Counted from the first letter of the whole stretch, positions 27,831 to 40,699 are shown. The stretch is DNA of 63,128 nucleotides, filler included, from Bipalium vagum (GCA_037834085.1; 3 parts of 3 records of this genome joined end to end with filler, not necessarily neighbours in it); one strand, 5' to 3'. The notes: generated by a model from the letters alone, not told the origin. Numbers and translations: made by a program.

Positions 27831-28621
27831 ATAAATCACAAAAAGTTTATATGAAGAAAATAGATGTTAGTTCTGTACACAAGGTTGGTCTTCGCACGAA
27901 CTCCTTGCTCGAAAATTTAAATCTTCTGATGTGTAGTTAAATGCGGTATTCTAACTTCAATCTAACGCTGGTGTAGGCTGAAGAGTACACTGGTCTGAGC
28001 ACTCGATACCAGAGTGACCATTTGCTGTGAAAGAAAACTTAACCACTTTGATCCATATTCACCTTGGTCAATGGTTGAAAATCATTCACTAAATATGTAG
28101 TCAGAGATTAGGCTCGAATATACGTACTATGAAATTTTGAAGCTCTGAATTCTAGAATCATTTTTAAATAAAACAGTATTAGTTATATTTTACCTATAAA
28201 GACTTAAAGCTCTTGGAAAACTTAAAATTCTAAGCAAATTCTAAGAAAATAAAAAAAAGATAAATATTTTTCAGTCTTAAAATGATATTTAATATTTAAT
28301 ATTTTAAAACAATATTTGTGAAATTTAATTAAAGAAAATTAGAGAATTGCACTAAAACAAATATCAAGTTTCGGTTAATATTTATAATAAGAATGATGCT
28401 ATTTTATGCAAAATTAATCCCAAGTTTCTTTTAAAAAAATATCTTAAAAATACATATTATTTAACAACCTCATTCATTTCGTTTAAATTAAATGATTATG
28501 TAAAATGTGTTTACTAATTTTTGGTAAATTTAATATAAAATAACGTGCAGTTTAATAATAATATTTATAAATAATTTCTATTATTAATTTTCTAATGTTA
28601 TATTTTAGAAAAAAGTGTTAA

Positions 28622-29479
28622 ATGAATCAGATTATTAAGGGATTATTTTTAGGGGGTTATGATGATGCAAGTGATTCTCAAATGTTAAAAGATCACAATA
28701 TTACTCATATATTAACAGTGCATGAATTAAAATTGTCCAGAACTTTCAGAAAGGATTTTCAATATATGTTCATAGAAACAAAACCTAGTTACCAATTAGA
28801 TTTGTTAAGCTACTTTATCGATGCAAATAATTTTATTTCTTCTGCTTTGGAGACCGGAGGTGTATTAGTCCACTGCCAATTCGGAATGGCGAGAAGTGCA
28901 ACTATAGTGATCGCATTTGTAATGGAATATAATAAGTGCGCATTTTCAACTGCTTTAGATTTTGTAAAATCAAAAAGAAGTGTTATCTGTCCCAGTGACT
29001 CCTTCCTCTATCAGTTGCAGCTGTTTGAGCACATGAACAGAAGTCTGGACTCATCGTATCCCATTTTTCGTTTATATCAGAATTATTTTGTCGTCAAAAA
29101 CAAATTAATAGATAAAACGGGTTTTCTCCAAGCTCAACTCAGCGCCAATGTTAACAATTACAAATGTGTTCAGTGTAAAACTGACTTATTCGGAGTAGAA
29201 AACTTGAATTTCCACTTAAGTGAAGTGGACGATATTGATTTTCTATTATCGAAATACTTCGAGTTTGAGGAGGATCAAAAGTTTTGTTCGAAAAATAAAA
29301 ATTATATTGAGATGATGGATTGGATGACTTTTTCCGGCATTCTCAAAGGTCCGTTAAACTGTCCCACTTGCAATTTGCATATAGGAGAATTTGATCTCAA
29401 CGGGGAGTTTTGCGATTGTGGATTGTGGATTTTTCCTGCGATTTCAGTTGACAAGTTCAATAAAGTATCTGATGTGTAA
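28622..29479 (+). CDS. DUSP12: Dual-specificity phosphatase 12 / YVH1-like, copy 1 (intronless CDS)
   Basis: DSP domain (GLFLGG, ITHILTV, VLVHCQFGMARSATIVIAFVM with HCX5R intact) plus a C-terminal zinc-binding domain (YKCVQC...H...C...CPTC...G...CDCG.WIFPA) characteristic of YVH1/DUSP12. Confidence 0.92.
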   Translation: MNQIIKGLFLGGYDDASDSQMLKDHNITHILTVHELKLSRTFRKDFQYMFIETKPSYQLDLLSYFIDANNFISSALETGGVLVHCQFGMARSATIVIAFVMEYNKCAFSTALDFVKSKRSVICPSDSFLYQLQLFEHMNRSLDSSYPIFRLYQNYFVVKNKLIDKTGFLQAQLSANVNNYKCVQCKTDLFGVENLNFHLSEVDDIDFLLSKYFEFEEDQKFCSKNKNYIEMMDWMTFSGILKGPLNCPTCNLHIGEFDLNGEFCDCGLWIFPAISVDKFNKVSDV

Positions 29480-29947
29480 TTTTATCTATTTTGTCAATGG
29501 GTGAATATAGTGGAGATAGTTTGTCGATTAAAAACAATTTTGAATGAAAAATAGATTTTCTAAGTTTTGATTTCGTAATCAGTTAAAAATTTTTAAATAT
29601 TTAAAATTAAATATTAGTCTTGTTTGTGTCAAGAGATTTAATATCCGTAATTTTTATCTTTGATAGAAAATCGGATTTTAGAAGCAAATTAACTTATAAT
29701 ATTAGTTTAACTTTTATTAGTTTTTATTTTTTTTTACCTAGTAAATATTTTTTAAGGACTTAAAGATTATCGAGTATTTCATTTTTAAAAACTAATCAAA
29801 TCAGGTCTATTTTGATTTGAATCTCTTTTACGTCTAAAACCAAATTCTTGAAGGTTTTACTAATTATTTTACTTGTGAATGCTTTGAGTAATGAATTTGA
29901 CACGTGATAGTTAAGAGTCTAGATTTTTTCTAATGACTTGCCAAATA

Positions 29948-30017
29948 ATTTCCAGGGAGCTGTTTCCATGATAAAAAACACCTTATACTCTTATCATGAA
30001 AACAGCTCCCTGGAAAT
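29948..30017. repeat. Inverted repeat/hairpin with 27-bp arms (duplicated at 34364-34433)
   Basis: ATTTCCAGGGAGCTGTTT(C)CATGATAA ... TTATCATG(A)AAACAGCTCCCTGGAAAT, one mismatch, loop about 16 nt. Confidence 0.9.
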
Positions 30018-30074
30018 AACAATACAAATTTAAACTTTTTCTGTATAGGAGACGGCATTATGATAATATTATGT

Positions 30075-30415
30075 ATTTTTTGCCGCTGATTACGAATATG
30101 AAGTCCTTTTTCATGTAGTACATCTTATTCAGGCAAATAACTTAATTTTAAAAAATATTTTATTTACAATTAAACGTTTTCCTAATAAGTTTTTCTTATG
30201 AATTATTGTGGCATAGTTACGCTTTATTACACAACAGAAGTCATCATGGCATTCCATTTGTCCTGATACTTTTTCTCCATAATGGCTATGTACTGGTATA
30301 ATTGTTCACCATGCTCCTCGCTATACGCTCCAAGGTTGCTAGGAAAATAATCCAAGTGTGAGTTTTAAAAATGCATTTTTATACTCATTCGACATCCTAG
30401 AAGTTGAAAATCTGA
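30075..30415 (-). mobile_element. CMC-superfamily (Chapaev3-like) transposase C-terminal fragment (duplicated at 34491-34831)
   Basis: LLGCRMSIKMHF*NSHLDYFPSNLGAYSEEHGEQLYQYIAIMEKKYQDKWN matches the MSLKIHFLHSHLDFFPENLGAVSDEHGERFHQDI motif. The family label is from memory. Confidence 0.65.
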
Positions 30416-33037
30416 TTGTTTAATTATTTAGAGAAATAGCTTCTAGACAAAATATAGTGGTAACAGTCGATTCTTGACAAGGGAGAATTTTTTGTTCTTA
30501 TTACATTACATTAAATTCCTACTTTTAAAAGTTTAATATGTCTAACTTCTCCTTTTAAATCTTTTATTAAATCTAAATACTTTTTCATTTCCCCTAGTTT
30601 ATGGTACTCATTTCTCTTAAATTCTAACATTTTCTAAGATCATTTGTTAAAAATATTCTTTATTTTTAATTTTTGTTTCATTATTATTAATATTATTTCA
30701 TGTTCAACTTTATTTATTATCATTATGTTTTCATTAATTTTGTTTGTTATTTTTTTTGTTAAATTGTCCTCATTTAGCTTTAATTTAAATAAATCATATT
30801 TTGGTGAATTCTCTTGTATCAAGTATTTGTTTTGATGATTTATCATATCTTTCATGAATTTATTTCATTATTTACTTCATTGTTTAACTTGTATTACTTT
30901 CAATATTTATGATGTTAAGACATTCAGTTGCTAATTTATCTACAACAGGCTTATGAAATGTATCTAAATTTATATTTGATCATCTTTCTGCTTTCCATTG
31001 ATTTATTTTAAATTAATTTTTTAAATCGTTCAATTTCTTTTAATATTGGAATTTTTATTTGCTGAATGCTAAGCCTCCAAGATCATTGATTACATTCATT
31101 ATTTTTTAAAAATACATGACTAACACTTTTGAGCATGAGTATATGTAGTATTAAAATAAAAATTGTTTAATTTCCCATGAACTCATAGTATTCTATTTTT
31201 AAAATATCATAAATATCCTGAAGAGAATAAATTCTTATATTTTTTATTCAGGATAAATTTTCATTAAATACAAAATTTTCTTAATTCCAAATATTTCTTA
31301 TTATACAATTCACTTATTTTTAAAGAAAAATAAAAATAAAATCTTGAAAATGAATAAAATCAGATAAAATTTGATCATCAAAGATCTTCTGAATGTTTTG
31401 AATCGTTTTTCATTTTATCTCTATACACTTTATTTTATTTTTCAGTACTCTTTTAACTTCATTATTTATTTTTTCAATTATTTTTCATTCTTTTATCTTA
31501 TTAATATTTTCTTTACATTCATTAATAATTATTTTTGCTTGTTCAATTTCCCCTTTGAAGTTAATATTTTATCTTCTAATGCTTTTAATTGAAAAATATA
31601 AAGTTTACTAATTGAGGATTCTACTATTTCTCAATTTTTTCTAAATATCCTTTTCTTTTTACAAGTAATTCCTATACTAATTGTTTCTACAATAAAAAAT
31701 GTTATAGCTGCAAAAATCGATGTTGCAACAGGAACATCTCTTAATAAACTAATTCCAAATCTTGGTATTCCTTTCAAAATTGCAGTACCAAATCCAAAAA
31801 TTTCCCCAATAAAAATATTTTCTAATTTTAAATTTGAATCTACAAAAGTATATTTAATTTCTAATATTTTTATATTGAGAGATAAAATCTTCATAGACAT
31901 TTTTATTTATATTTTTTCTAACTGAAAAATCAATGGAATGGAATATCTTTCATTCTGTTCATATTTTACTTTTTGATATAAAGGTGTATTTGGACTTATG
32001 TATTCTATTATGTATAGTCTATCTCTTCAGATTTTTCTTCTATATTTTATAAAGTTGAATTGAAATTCAATAATCTATATTGTAAAGTATTGTTAAGTTT
32101 CGACTAAAAAGATAATACGAAAATGAAAATGATTTTTAATATTTAATTGGGTTAAGAATATCGATAGTGGACTTTTTAGGAACTTCACATAAACTTTATG
32201 TAAATTCAGAAGGATTTAGCGTGCGTACGTTCGAAGTTAAAATTTGAGTGACAATAAAAAGGTTGATTACGAAAAGTTGAACTTTTTAAACCTTTTAACA
32301 AATACTGATTGCAAAACTTTTAAACTTTTAATCGATCAACTGAGCTAACAAGTTGTTTTATAAAATATATTTGATATAAATCTGACAACTTTATTTTTTA
32401 ATACAATTTTTCTTTGGATTTAAAACCCGAGATAAGGAGTTAAGAGAAAAGTCAGATCACCCATCGGTATCTTACTCTTAAGGGCCCTCAGTTAAAAATT
32501 TGGTTCTCCGTCCTACTAGACGTGAAGAACACAAAAAAGGAAAATACTGAGAAGTAAGAAAAAGATAACAATTATTTGATTCTAAGGTATTAGAGTAGCT
32601 GTCCAATTCTTAATATTTATTTAATTTAATTAATAACTTATAATTCGTAGTCTTTGTGGAAAATATTTGGAAAAGTAATAAAACATTTTCAGTTTTTTGT
32701 CTTATTTTTATGTTTCTATGCAAAACTTAAAAGACAACCCTTTTATTTTTTATTTGAGACATTCTTGACTTCGAATATTATTACCCTCTGGTGTGTTACT
32801 TGAGCTGTAGTTATCTGTTTTTTAGTTACCTTATGATAGATTAATAAAGGTTTATAGGGGTTTTTTTTGATTCATCAATAAAAGAACATCTTAATAACTA
32901 GAAGTAATATGTGTTTACTAATGTGTTTACTAATTTTTGGTAAATTTAATATAAAATAACGTGCAGTTTAATAATAATATTTATAAATAATTTCTATTAT
33001 TAATTTTCTAATGTTATATTTTAGAAAAAAGTGTTAA

Positions 33038-33895
33038 ATGAATCAGATTATTAAGGGATTATTTTTAGGGGGTTATGATGATGCAAGTGATTCTCAAATG
33101 TTAAAAGATCACAATATTACTCATATATTAACAGTGCATGAATTAAAATTGTCCAGAACTTTCAGAAAGGATTTTCAATATATGTTCATAGAAACAAAAC
33201 CTAGTTACCAATTAGATTTGTTAAGCTACTTTATCGATGCAAATAATTTTATTTCTTCTGCTTTGGAGACCGGAGGTGTATTAGTCCACTGCCAATTCGG
33301 AATGGCGAGAAGTGCAACTATAGTGATCGCATTTGTAATGGAATATAATAAGTGCGCATTTTCAACTGCTTTAGATTTTGTAAAATCAAAAAGAAGTGTT
33401 ATCTGTCCCAGTGACTCCTTCCTCTATCAGTTGCAGCTGTTTGAGCACATGAACAGAAGTCTGGACTCATCGTATCCCATTTTTCGTTTATATCAGAATT
33501 ATTTTGTCGTCAAAAACAAATTAATAGATAAAACGGGTTTTCTCCAAGCTCAACTCAGCGCCAATGTTAACAATTACAAATGTGTTCAGTGTAAAACTGA
33601 CTTATTCGGAGTAGAAAACTTGAATTTCCACTTAAGTGAAGTGGACGATATTGATTTTCTATTATCGAAATACTTCGAGTTTGAGGAGGATCAAAAGTTT
33701 TGTTCGAAAAATAAAAATTATATTGAGATGATGGATTGGATGACTTTTTCCGGCATTCTCAAAGGTCCGTTAAACTGTCCCACTTGCAATTTGCATATAG
33801 GAGAATTTGATCTCAACGGGGAGTTTTGCGATTGTGGATTGTGGATTTTTCCTGCGATTTCAGTTGACAAGTTCAATAAAGTATCTGATGTGTAA
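33038..33895 (+). CDS. DUSP12: Dual-specificity phosphatase 12 / YVH1-like, copy 2 (identical protein)
   Basis: Same 285-aa translation as copy 1, inside the duplicated unit. Confidence 0.9.
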   Translation: MNQIIKGLFLGGYDDASDSQMLKDHNITHILTVHELKLSRTFRKDFQYMFIETKPSYQLDLLSYFIDANNFISSALETGGVLVHCQFGMARSATIVIAFVMEYNKCAFSTALDFVKSKRSVICPSDSFLYQLQLFEHMNRSLDSSYPIFRLYQNYFVVKNKLIDKTGFLQAQLSANVNNYKCVQCKTDLFGVENLNFHLSEVDDIDFLLSKYFEFEEDQKFCSKNKNYIEMMDWMTFSGILKGPLNCPTCNLHIGEFDLNGEFCDCGLWIFPAISVDKFNKVSDV

Positions 33896-36800
33896 TTTTA
33901 TCTATTTTGTCAATGGGTGAATATAGTGGAGATAGTTTGTCGATTAAAAACAATTTTGAATGAAAAATAGATTTTCTAAGTTTTGATTTCGTAATCAGTT
34001 AAAAATTTTTAAATATTTAAAATTAAATATTAGTCTTGTTTGTGTCAAGAGATTTAATATCCGTAATTTTTATCTTTGATAGAAAATCGGATTTTAGAAG
34101 CAAATTAACTTATAATATTAGTTTAACTTTTATTAGTTTTTATTTTTTTTTACCTAGTAAATATTTTTTAAGGACTTAAAGATTATCGAGTATTTCATTT
34201 TTAAAAACTAATCAAATCAGGTCTATTTTGATTTGAATCTCTTTTACGTCTAAAACCAAATTCTTGAAGGTTTTACTAATTATTTTACTTGTGAATGCTT
34301 TGAGTAATGAATTTGACACGTGATAGTTAAGAGTCTAGATTTTTTCTAATGACTTGCCAAATAATTTCCAGGGAGCTGTTTCCATGATAAAAAACACCTT
34401 ATACTCTTATCATGAAAACAGCTCCCTGGAAATAACAATACAAATTTAAACTTTTTCTGTATAGGAGACGGCATTATGATAATATTATGTATTTTTTGCC
34501 GCTGATTACGAATATGAAGTCCTTTTTCATGTAGTACATCTTATTCAGGCAAATAACTTAATTTTAAAAAATATTTTATTTACAATTAAACGTTTTCCTA
34601 ATAAGTTTTTCTTATGAATTATTGTGGCATAGTTACGCTTTATTACACAACAGAAGTCATCATGGCATTCCATTTGTCCTGATACTTTTTCTCCATAATG
34701 GCTATGTACTGGTATAATTGTTCACCATGCTCCTCGCTATACGCTCCAAGGTTGCTAGGAAAATAATCCAAGTGTGAGTTTTAAAAATGCATTTTTATAC
34801 TCATTCGACATCCTAGAAGTTGAAAATCTGATTGTTTAATTATTTAGAGAAATAGCTTCTAGACAAAATATAGTGGTAACAGTCGATTCTTGACAAGGGA
34901 GAATTTTTTGTTCTTATTACATTACATTAAATTCCTACTTTTAAAAGTTTAATATGTCTAACTTCTCCTTTTAAATCTTTTATTAAATCTAAATACTTTT
35001 TCATTTCCCCTAGTTTATGGTACTCATTTCTCTTAAATTCTAACATTTTCTAAGATCATTTGTTAAAAATATTCTTTATTTTTAATTTTTGTTTCATTAT
35101 TATTAATATTATTTCATGTTCAACTTTATTTATTATCATTATGTTTTCATTAATTTTGTTTGTTATTTTTTTTGTTAAATTGTCCTCATTTAGCTTTAAT
35201 TTAAATAAATCATATTTTGGTGAATTCTCTTGTATCAAGTATTTGTTTTGATGATTTATCATATCTTTCATGAATTTATTTCATTATTTACTTCATTGTT
35301 TAACTTGTATTACTTTCAATATTTATGATGTTAAGACATTCAGTTGCTAATTTATCTACAACAGGCTTATGAAATGTATCTAAATTTATATTTGATCATC
35401 TTTCTGCTTTCCATTGATTTATTTTAAATTAATTTTTTAAATCGTTCAATTTCTTTTAATATTGGAATTTTTATTTGCTGAATGCTAAGCCTCCAAGATC
35501 ATTGATTACATTCATTATTTTTTAAAAATACATGACTAACACTTTTGAGCATGAGTATATGTAGTATTAAAATAAAAATTGTTTAATTTCCCATGAACTC
35601 ATAGTATTCTATTTTTAAAATATCATAAATATCCTGAAGAGAATAAATTCTTATATTTTTTATTCAGGATAAATTTTCATTAAATACAAAATTTTCTTAA
35701 TTCCAAATATTTCTTATTATACAATTCACTTATTTTTAAAGAAAAATAAAAATAAAATCTTGAAAATGAATAAAATCAGATAAAATTTGATCATCAAAGA
35801 TCTTCTGAATGTTTTGAATCGTTTTTCATTTTATCTCTATACACTTTATTTTATTTTTCAGTACTCTTTTAACTTCATTATTTATTTTTTCAATTATTTT
35901 TCATTCTTTTATCTTATTAATATTTTCTTTACATTCATTAATAATTATTTTTGCTTGTTCAATTTCCCCTTTGAAGTTAATATTTTATCTTCTAATGCTT
36001 TTAATTGAAAAATATAAAGTTTACTAATTGAGGATTCTACTATTTCTCAATTTTTTCTAAATATCCTTTTCTTTTTACAAGTAATTCCTATACTAATTGT
36101 TTCTACAATAAAAAATGTTATAGCTGCAAAAATCGATGTTGCAACAGGAACATCTCTTAATAAACTAATTCCAAATCTTGGTATTCCTTTCAAAATTGCA
36201 GTACCAAATCCAAAAATTTCCCCAATAAAAATATTTTCTAATTTTAAATTTGAATCTACAAAAGTATATTTAATTTCTAATATTTTTATATTGAGAGATA
36301 AAATCTTCATAGACATTTTTATTTATATTTTTTCTAACTGAAAAATCAATGGAATGGAATATCTTTCATTCTGTTCATATTTTACTTTTTGATATAAAGG
36401 TGTATTTGGACTTATGTATTCTATTATGTATAGTCTATCTCTTCAGATTTTTCTTCTATATTTTATAAAGTTGAATTGAAATTCAATAATCTATATTGTA
36501 AAGTATTGTTAAGTTTCGACTAAAAAGATAATACGAAAATGAAAATGATTTTTAATATTTAATTGGGTTAAGAATATCGATAGTGGACTTTTTAGGAACT
36601 TCACATAAACTTTATGTAAATTCAGAAGGATTTAGCGTGCGTACGTTCGAAGTTAAAATTTGAGTGACAATAAAAAGGTTGATTACGAAAAGTTGAACTT
36701 TTTAAACCTTTTAACAAATACTGATTGCAAAACTTTTAAACTTTTAATCGATCAACTGAGCTAACAAGTTGTTTTATAAAATATATTTGATATAAATCTG

Positions 36801-38162
36801 ACAACTTTATTTTTTAATACAATTTTTCTTTGGATTTAAAACCCGAGATAAGGAGTTAAGAGAAAAGTCAGATCACCCATCGGTATCTTACTCTTAAGGG
36901 CCCTCAGTTAAAAATTTGGTTCTCCGTCCTACTAGACGTGAAGAACACAAAAAAGGAAAATACTGAGAAGTAAGAAAAAGATAACAATTATTTGATTCTA
37001 AGGTATTAGAGTAGCTGTCCAATTCTTAATATTTATTTAATTTAATTAATAACTTATAATTCGTAGTCTTTGTGGAAAATATTTGGAAAAGTAATAAAAC
37101 ATTTTCAGTTTTTTGTCTTATTTTTATGTTTCTATGCAAAACTTAAAAGACAACCCTTTTATTTTTTATTTGAGACATTCTTGACTTCGAATATTATTAC
37201 CCTCTGGTGTGTTACTTGAGCTGTAGTTATCTGTTTTTTAGTTACCTTATGATAGATTAATAAAGGTTTATAGGGGTTTTTTTTGATTCATCAATAAAAG
37301 AACATCTTAATAACTAGAAGTGAGGGTTAAATAAAGATTGTGAGCTTAAAGTTACACATTTCAAGACCTAAAATTTTATATAATACATAAATTCTTTATT
37401 ATAAATATTAATATTATAAGATGAATTATTTAAATAATATAGATAGTTATTGAATAAACTGAGGTGCAATCCCAGCACTAGTGGTGATTTATACAGATAG
37501 TAAATCACGGTTAATGCAAAAATATTATATAAATGTAAACCAGAGAGTTATGAGACCGATTTTGATTGAACTGATTACCTACTAAATGACAAACTACATT
37601 CTGACCTATCATGCGTGTAGATTTATAAGGGAAGTAAACCTAAATAGATAGATACAAGAATTAACATCTATTTTGTAGGTAAGTTCTCGATCTAGATTTG
37701 TCCATCATTCAGCCTAAAGTTACTAGTTGTTTCTCATCATCAATCAATGTTTTTCCTCAAGGCTTAAAAAGACATTTAAATTATGTATTTTACAGATCGT
37801 CAAAAATCAAAATAAATGTTTTGCAGGTCATTTAATTTTTTATCAAAGACGAAAACATTTTTTGTAATATTAAATAATAGAAAATTTAGATAACGATATA
37901 AATTAACTTATTAATATAAATTCTATTTTATACATCCAAATACATTTTAATCTTAACTTAAATAATTATATTTTAAAAAAATATTTATTCATAAGATTAA
38001 ACTATTTAAAAGAACTTTGAAAACTAATATATTTATTAAAATATATTAAAGTTTGAATATATATTTATTTGTTCAGATAAATTAATTTGTCACATAGTAA
38101 ATAAAAAATCTTTATGAAGGTCTCGACATTTATTTTAACAAGTCAATGAAAATTTATTAAAT

Positions 38163-40699
38163 ATGTATATACGAAAGAAGAATAATGAAAATTCACGAAT
38201 TAAAAGGCCAGCTAAGCGTTCTAAACCATGTGATATGTTTTTTACATCAGGGTAAGATTTTACTTTATATCTATGAGTATTTTATCTTTAAATTAATTCT
38301 CCTATTTGATTAATACTATGAATCGTTTTATAATTCAAATTTATTTAGATATGGATTTTATCTGAAACCTATTGCAATATTTTCTGCTTTACTGACATTA
38401 GACTTTTTGATGGAAATTAGAGTAGAATATTTATGGTCCTGTTGGTTGTTATTTAAGTCCGTAACTGATTCCTACAAATATCAAGGCTTGGTTAGTTTAT
38501 TTTGAATTTCATAATTTTTATTAAGGTAAATGAAATGTTTTCTTTCAGGTCTTTACCTTATTTTTCATGCTAATTATATTAACATCAGATATCATATGTT
38601 ATTTATTGATACCAGTCACATGGCTTTTCTTTATTGCAAGTTCATATGCCTGGATCCAACTTGTGGGACATACTGGTAAGAAGGCTTTAATTTATATATA
38701 TATAATATATATAATTTCAATATTGAACCATTTTTTTTCAATTACCTTTAAAAAGTGTTTCAACTCAGCTTAATTTGATTATAAAACGGCTTTTAAATTG
38801 TCTTACTTCATAAAACTAAGGTCTTTCATATAAAAACTAACAACAAAAATGCGTCTTTCTTTAAACAATTGTTGATTAACAATGTAAAGTTGGCTTTAAA
38901 CACAAACTTTTATCACTATGAAGTTTATTCATTCTATTTTCAAAGTCTTAAGATGCAAAATTTCCTGAAAGTTAGTAAATTAATTATATATAAATATGTT
39001 ATTGATTTTCAATTTTGAATAATTAAGAATTTTTAATACATCAGTTCATATTCAAACTACATTAAACAACAGAGAAATCTGCTTAATGCTGAAAGAACTG
39101 AGATTAATGTGTAATTCTATATATACATTATTGAATTAATGTTGTCTAATAGTTGATATATAACACATGTCGATGTTACTTGGAATCGATATATACTACT
39201 GACCTTATTCAAAAATCAGTCCAAGACGAATTTAAACTATTATATACATTAGTCTGCTGTGTTTTTGAACTTCCTTGTTATATGGAATTCACCGAATCTT
39301 ACGGTGGGGGTATACAAATACTTATTTCACGTTCTAAAACCTCTTAAATGAAAAAAGTCTTAAAAATGTATTTTTATGGATAATTTTTTCATTTCTGCAG
39401 AAAAGATTTTCTTATGTAAATAAAGTCACTTTGATCTTTCAAATTATTCGATCATTATTTAATATCTGCTGAAGATTAATGATCTTTTTCATTGTCTTAA
39501 TATTTTTTAATATTAGGAAAAAATCAATAAAAAAATCAAAATTGATATCTTGTGATTTCAAGTATACTAAAATTGAAGAATATATCGAACTGATGCACTG
39601 AATAATTCACAAATAAAGTGCAATCATCCACCATGTCTCAGATCGATATTTTATGATACTTCAAACAAGCACGTTTCAAGATCGGTATACAAATATCGAT
39701 TGATTTCTGATCACTATATCATACTTAATTCTTCAATAAGATTCTCTTAAAGAATATACGTTATTGATTTTTCCTTAGAAATTTATTCTGAGTTTAATTT
39801 TTCCAGAACGAGGAATTTGCTTGCCAACCGTGATCATTTGTCTGATGTTTTTGTATATCGAATATCTGTTGCGATTGCGCAATTTTAATTACGTATCTCT
39901 CAGTATGGAAATATGTAGACCATTTGCTGCTCACGGGTAATTATTGATTTTATTATATTGATAAAGGATTTCTGTTAGCAACTTGGGGTTTAGTTTTTCC
40001 CATCTCATTTCAAATCTGCAGTGAAAATTTTGATTTTTCTTTCAAAAATAACCTATTTTCATGTCCCTGATACAAAGTTTTAATGATCTCTCAAATCAAT
40101 GAGTACTGAAGAGAATTCGATTACATTTGGACTGGTTGAACTGCTGTAGACTTATTCTTGTCTAGACATATCTCTGTCTCAAAAATTTTCACTGACCTCC
40201 ACTTACAAAAATTCAAGAATTTTCCGATAATGATTTTGTTATGTTCATCATTGATTTTTTTAAAAATACATTTTCAAATTTGAATGAAATCAGTTCACCC
40301 TGAACAATTTTTTGTATTTCCATTAAAATTATTCACTATGAATACAATTTTACAAGGAGAAAGTAACAAAGTTTGTCTTGACAATTTATTTAGATTATAA
40401 ATCGCCTGAGTTCTTTGAAAAGTCTGAGTTTCATATATTTTCAATTTTCAGGGTCGGATATCCGTTTGTCACCATGGGTTTCGGTTTAAAGAGCTATGTG
40501 TCCTATAAATTTCGAATGGTAAAATCGATTGTGTATAGTTTTCATGTATTAATAAATGTTTTCATTTTCTTCCAGCGCAAGCAACGAGACGTAGAAAATG
40601 AAAATCGTTTCGTTTTTCAATTAATCGATCAAGCCCTTCCCGACGGAAACAGAAGGTTCAGAACGGAAATAGAAAACGAGACATCGTCATTGTGTGATG
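38163..40699 (+). CDS. MACO1: Macoilin, N-terminal transmembrane region; exons 38163-38251, 38349-38490, 38549-38675, 39807-39936, 40452-40518, 40576-40699 (3' exons not located)
   Basis: Phase-consistent GT-AG splicing gives ...RIKRPAKR...LDFLMEIRVEYLWSCWLLFKSVTDSYKYQGL...WLFFIASSYAWIQLVGHTERGICLPTV...CRPFAAHGVGYPFVTMGFGLKSYVSYKFRMRKQRDVENEN..FQLIDQALP, which follows the macoilin/TMEM57 N-terminus closely. Confidence 0.93.

Larger units (their letters stand above)
28504..37321 (+). repeat. Tandem segmental duplication: 28504-32905 and 32920-37321 (4402-bp units, offset 4416), with a 14-nt junction insert
   Basis: All four ORF pairs in the ORF track are offset by 4416 and have identical translations. 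Both units end ...TAACTAGAAGT and start AATGTGTTTACTAATTTTTGG. Confidence 0.95.

Noticed and set aside
27975-28012. CTGAAGA motifs resembling hammerhead ribozyme cores (also near 31218 and 47026)
   Set aside because: No GAAA follows a closing stem II, and no consistent stems I/III were found.
30644-31592. Plus-strand Phe/Ile-rich ORFs that look like membrane proteins (also 60021-60305 and 23256-23492)
   Set aside because: Compositional artefacts of T-rich strands, or antisense to A-rich decayed coding DNA.
32880-32905. CTAG near the end of the duplicated unit suggesting a Helitron carrying DUSP12
   Set aside because: The unit extends 4 nt past CTAG, there is no GC-rich subterminal hairpin and no 5' TC, and the junction carries a templated insert instead.
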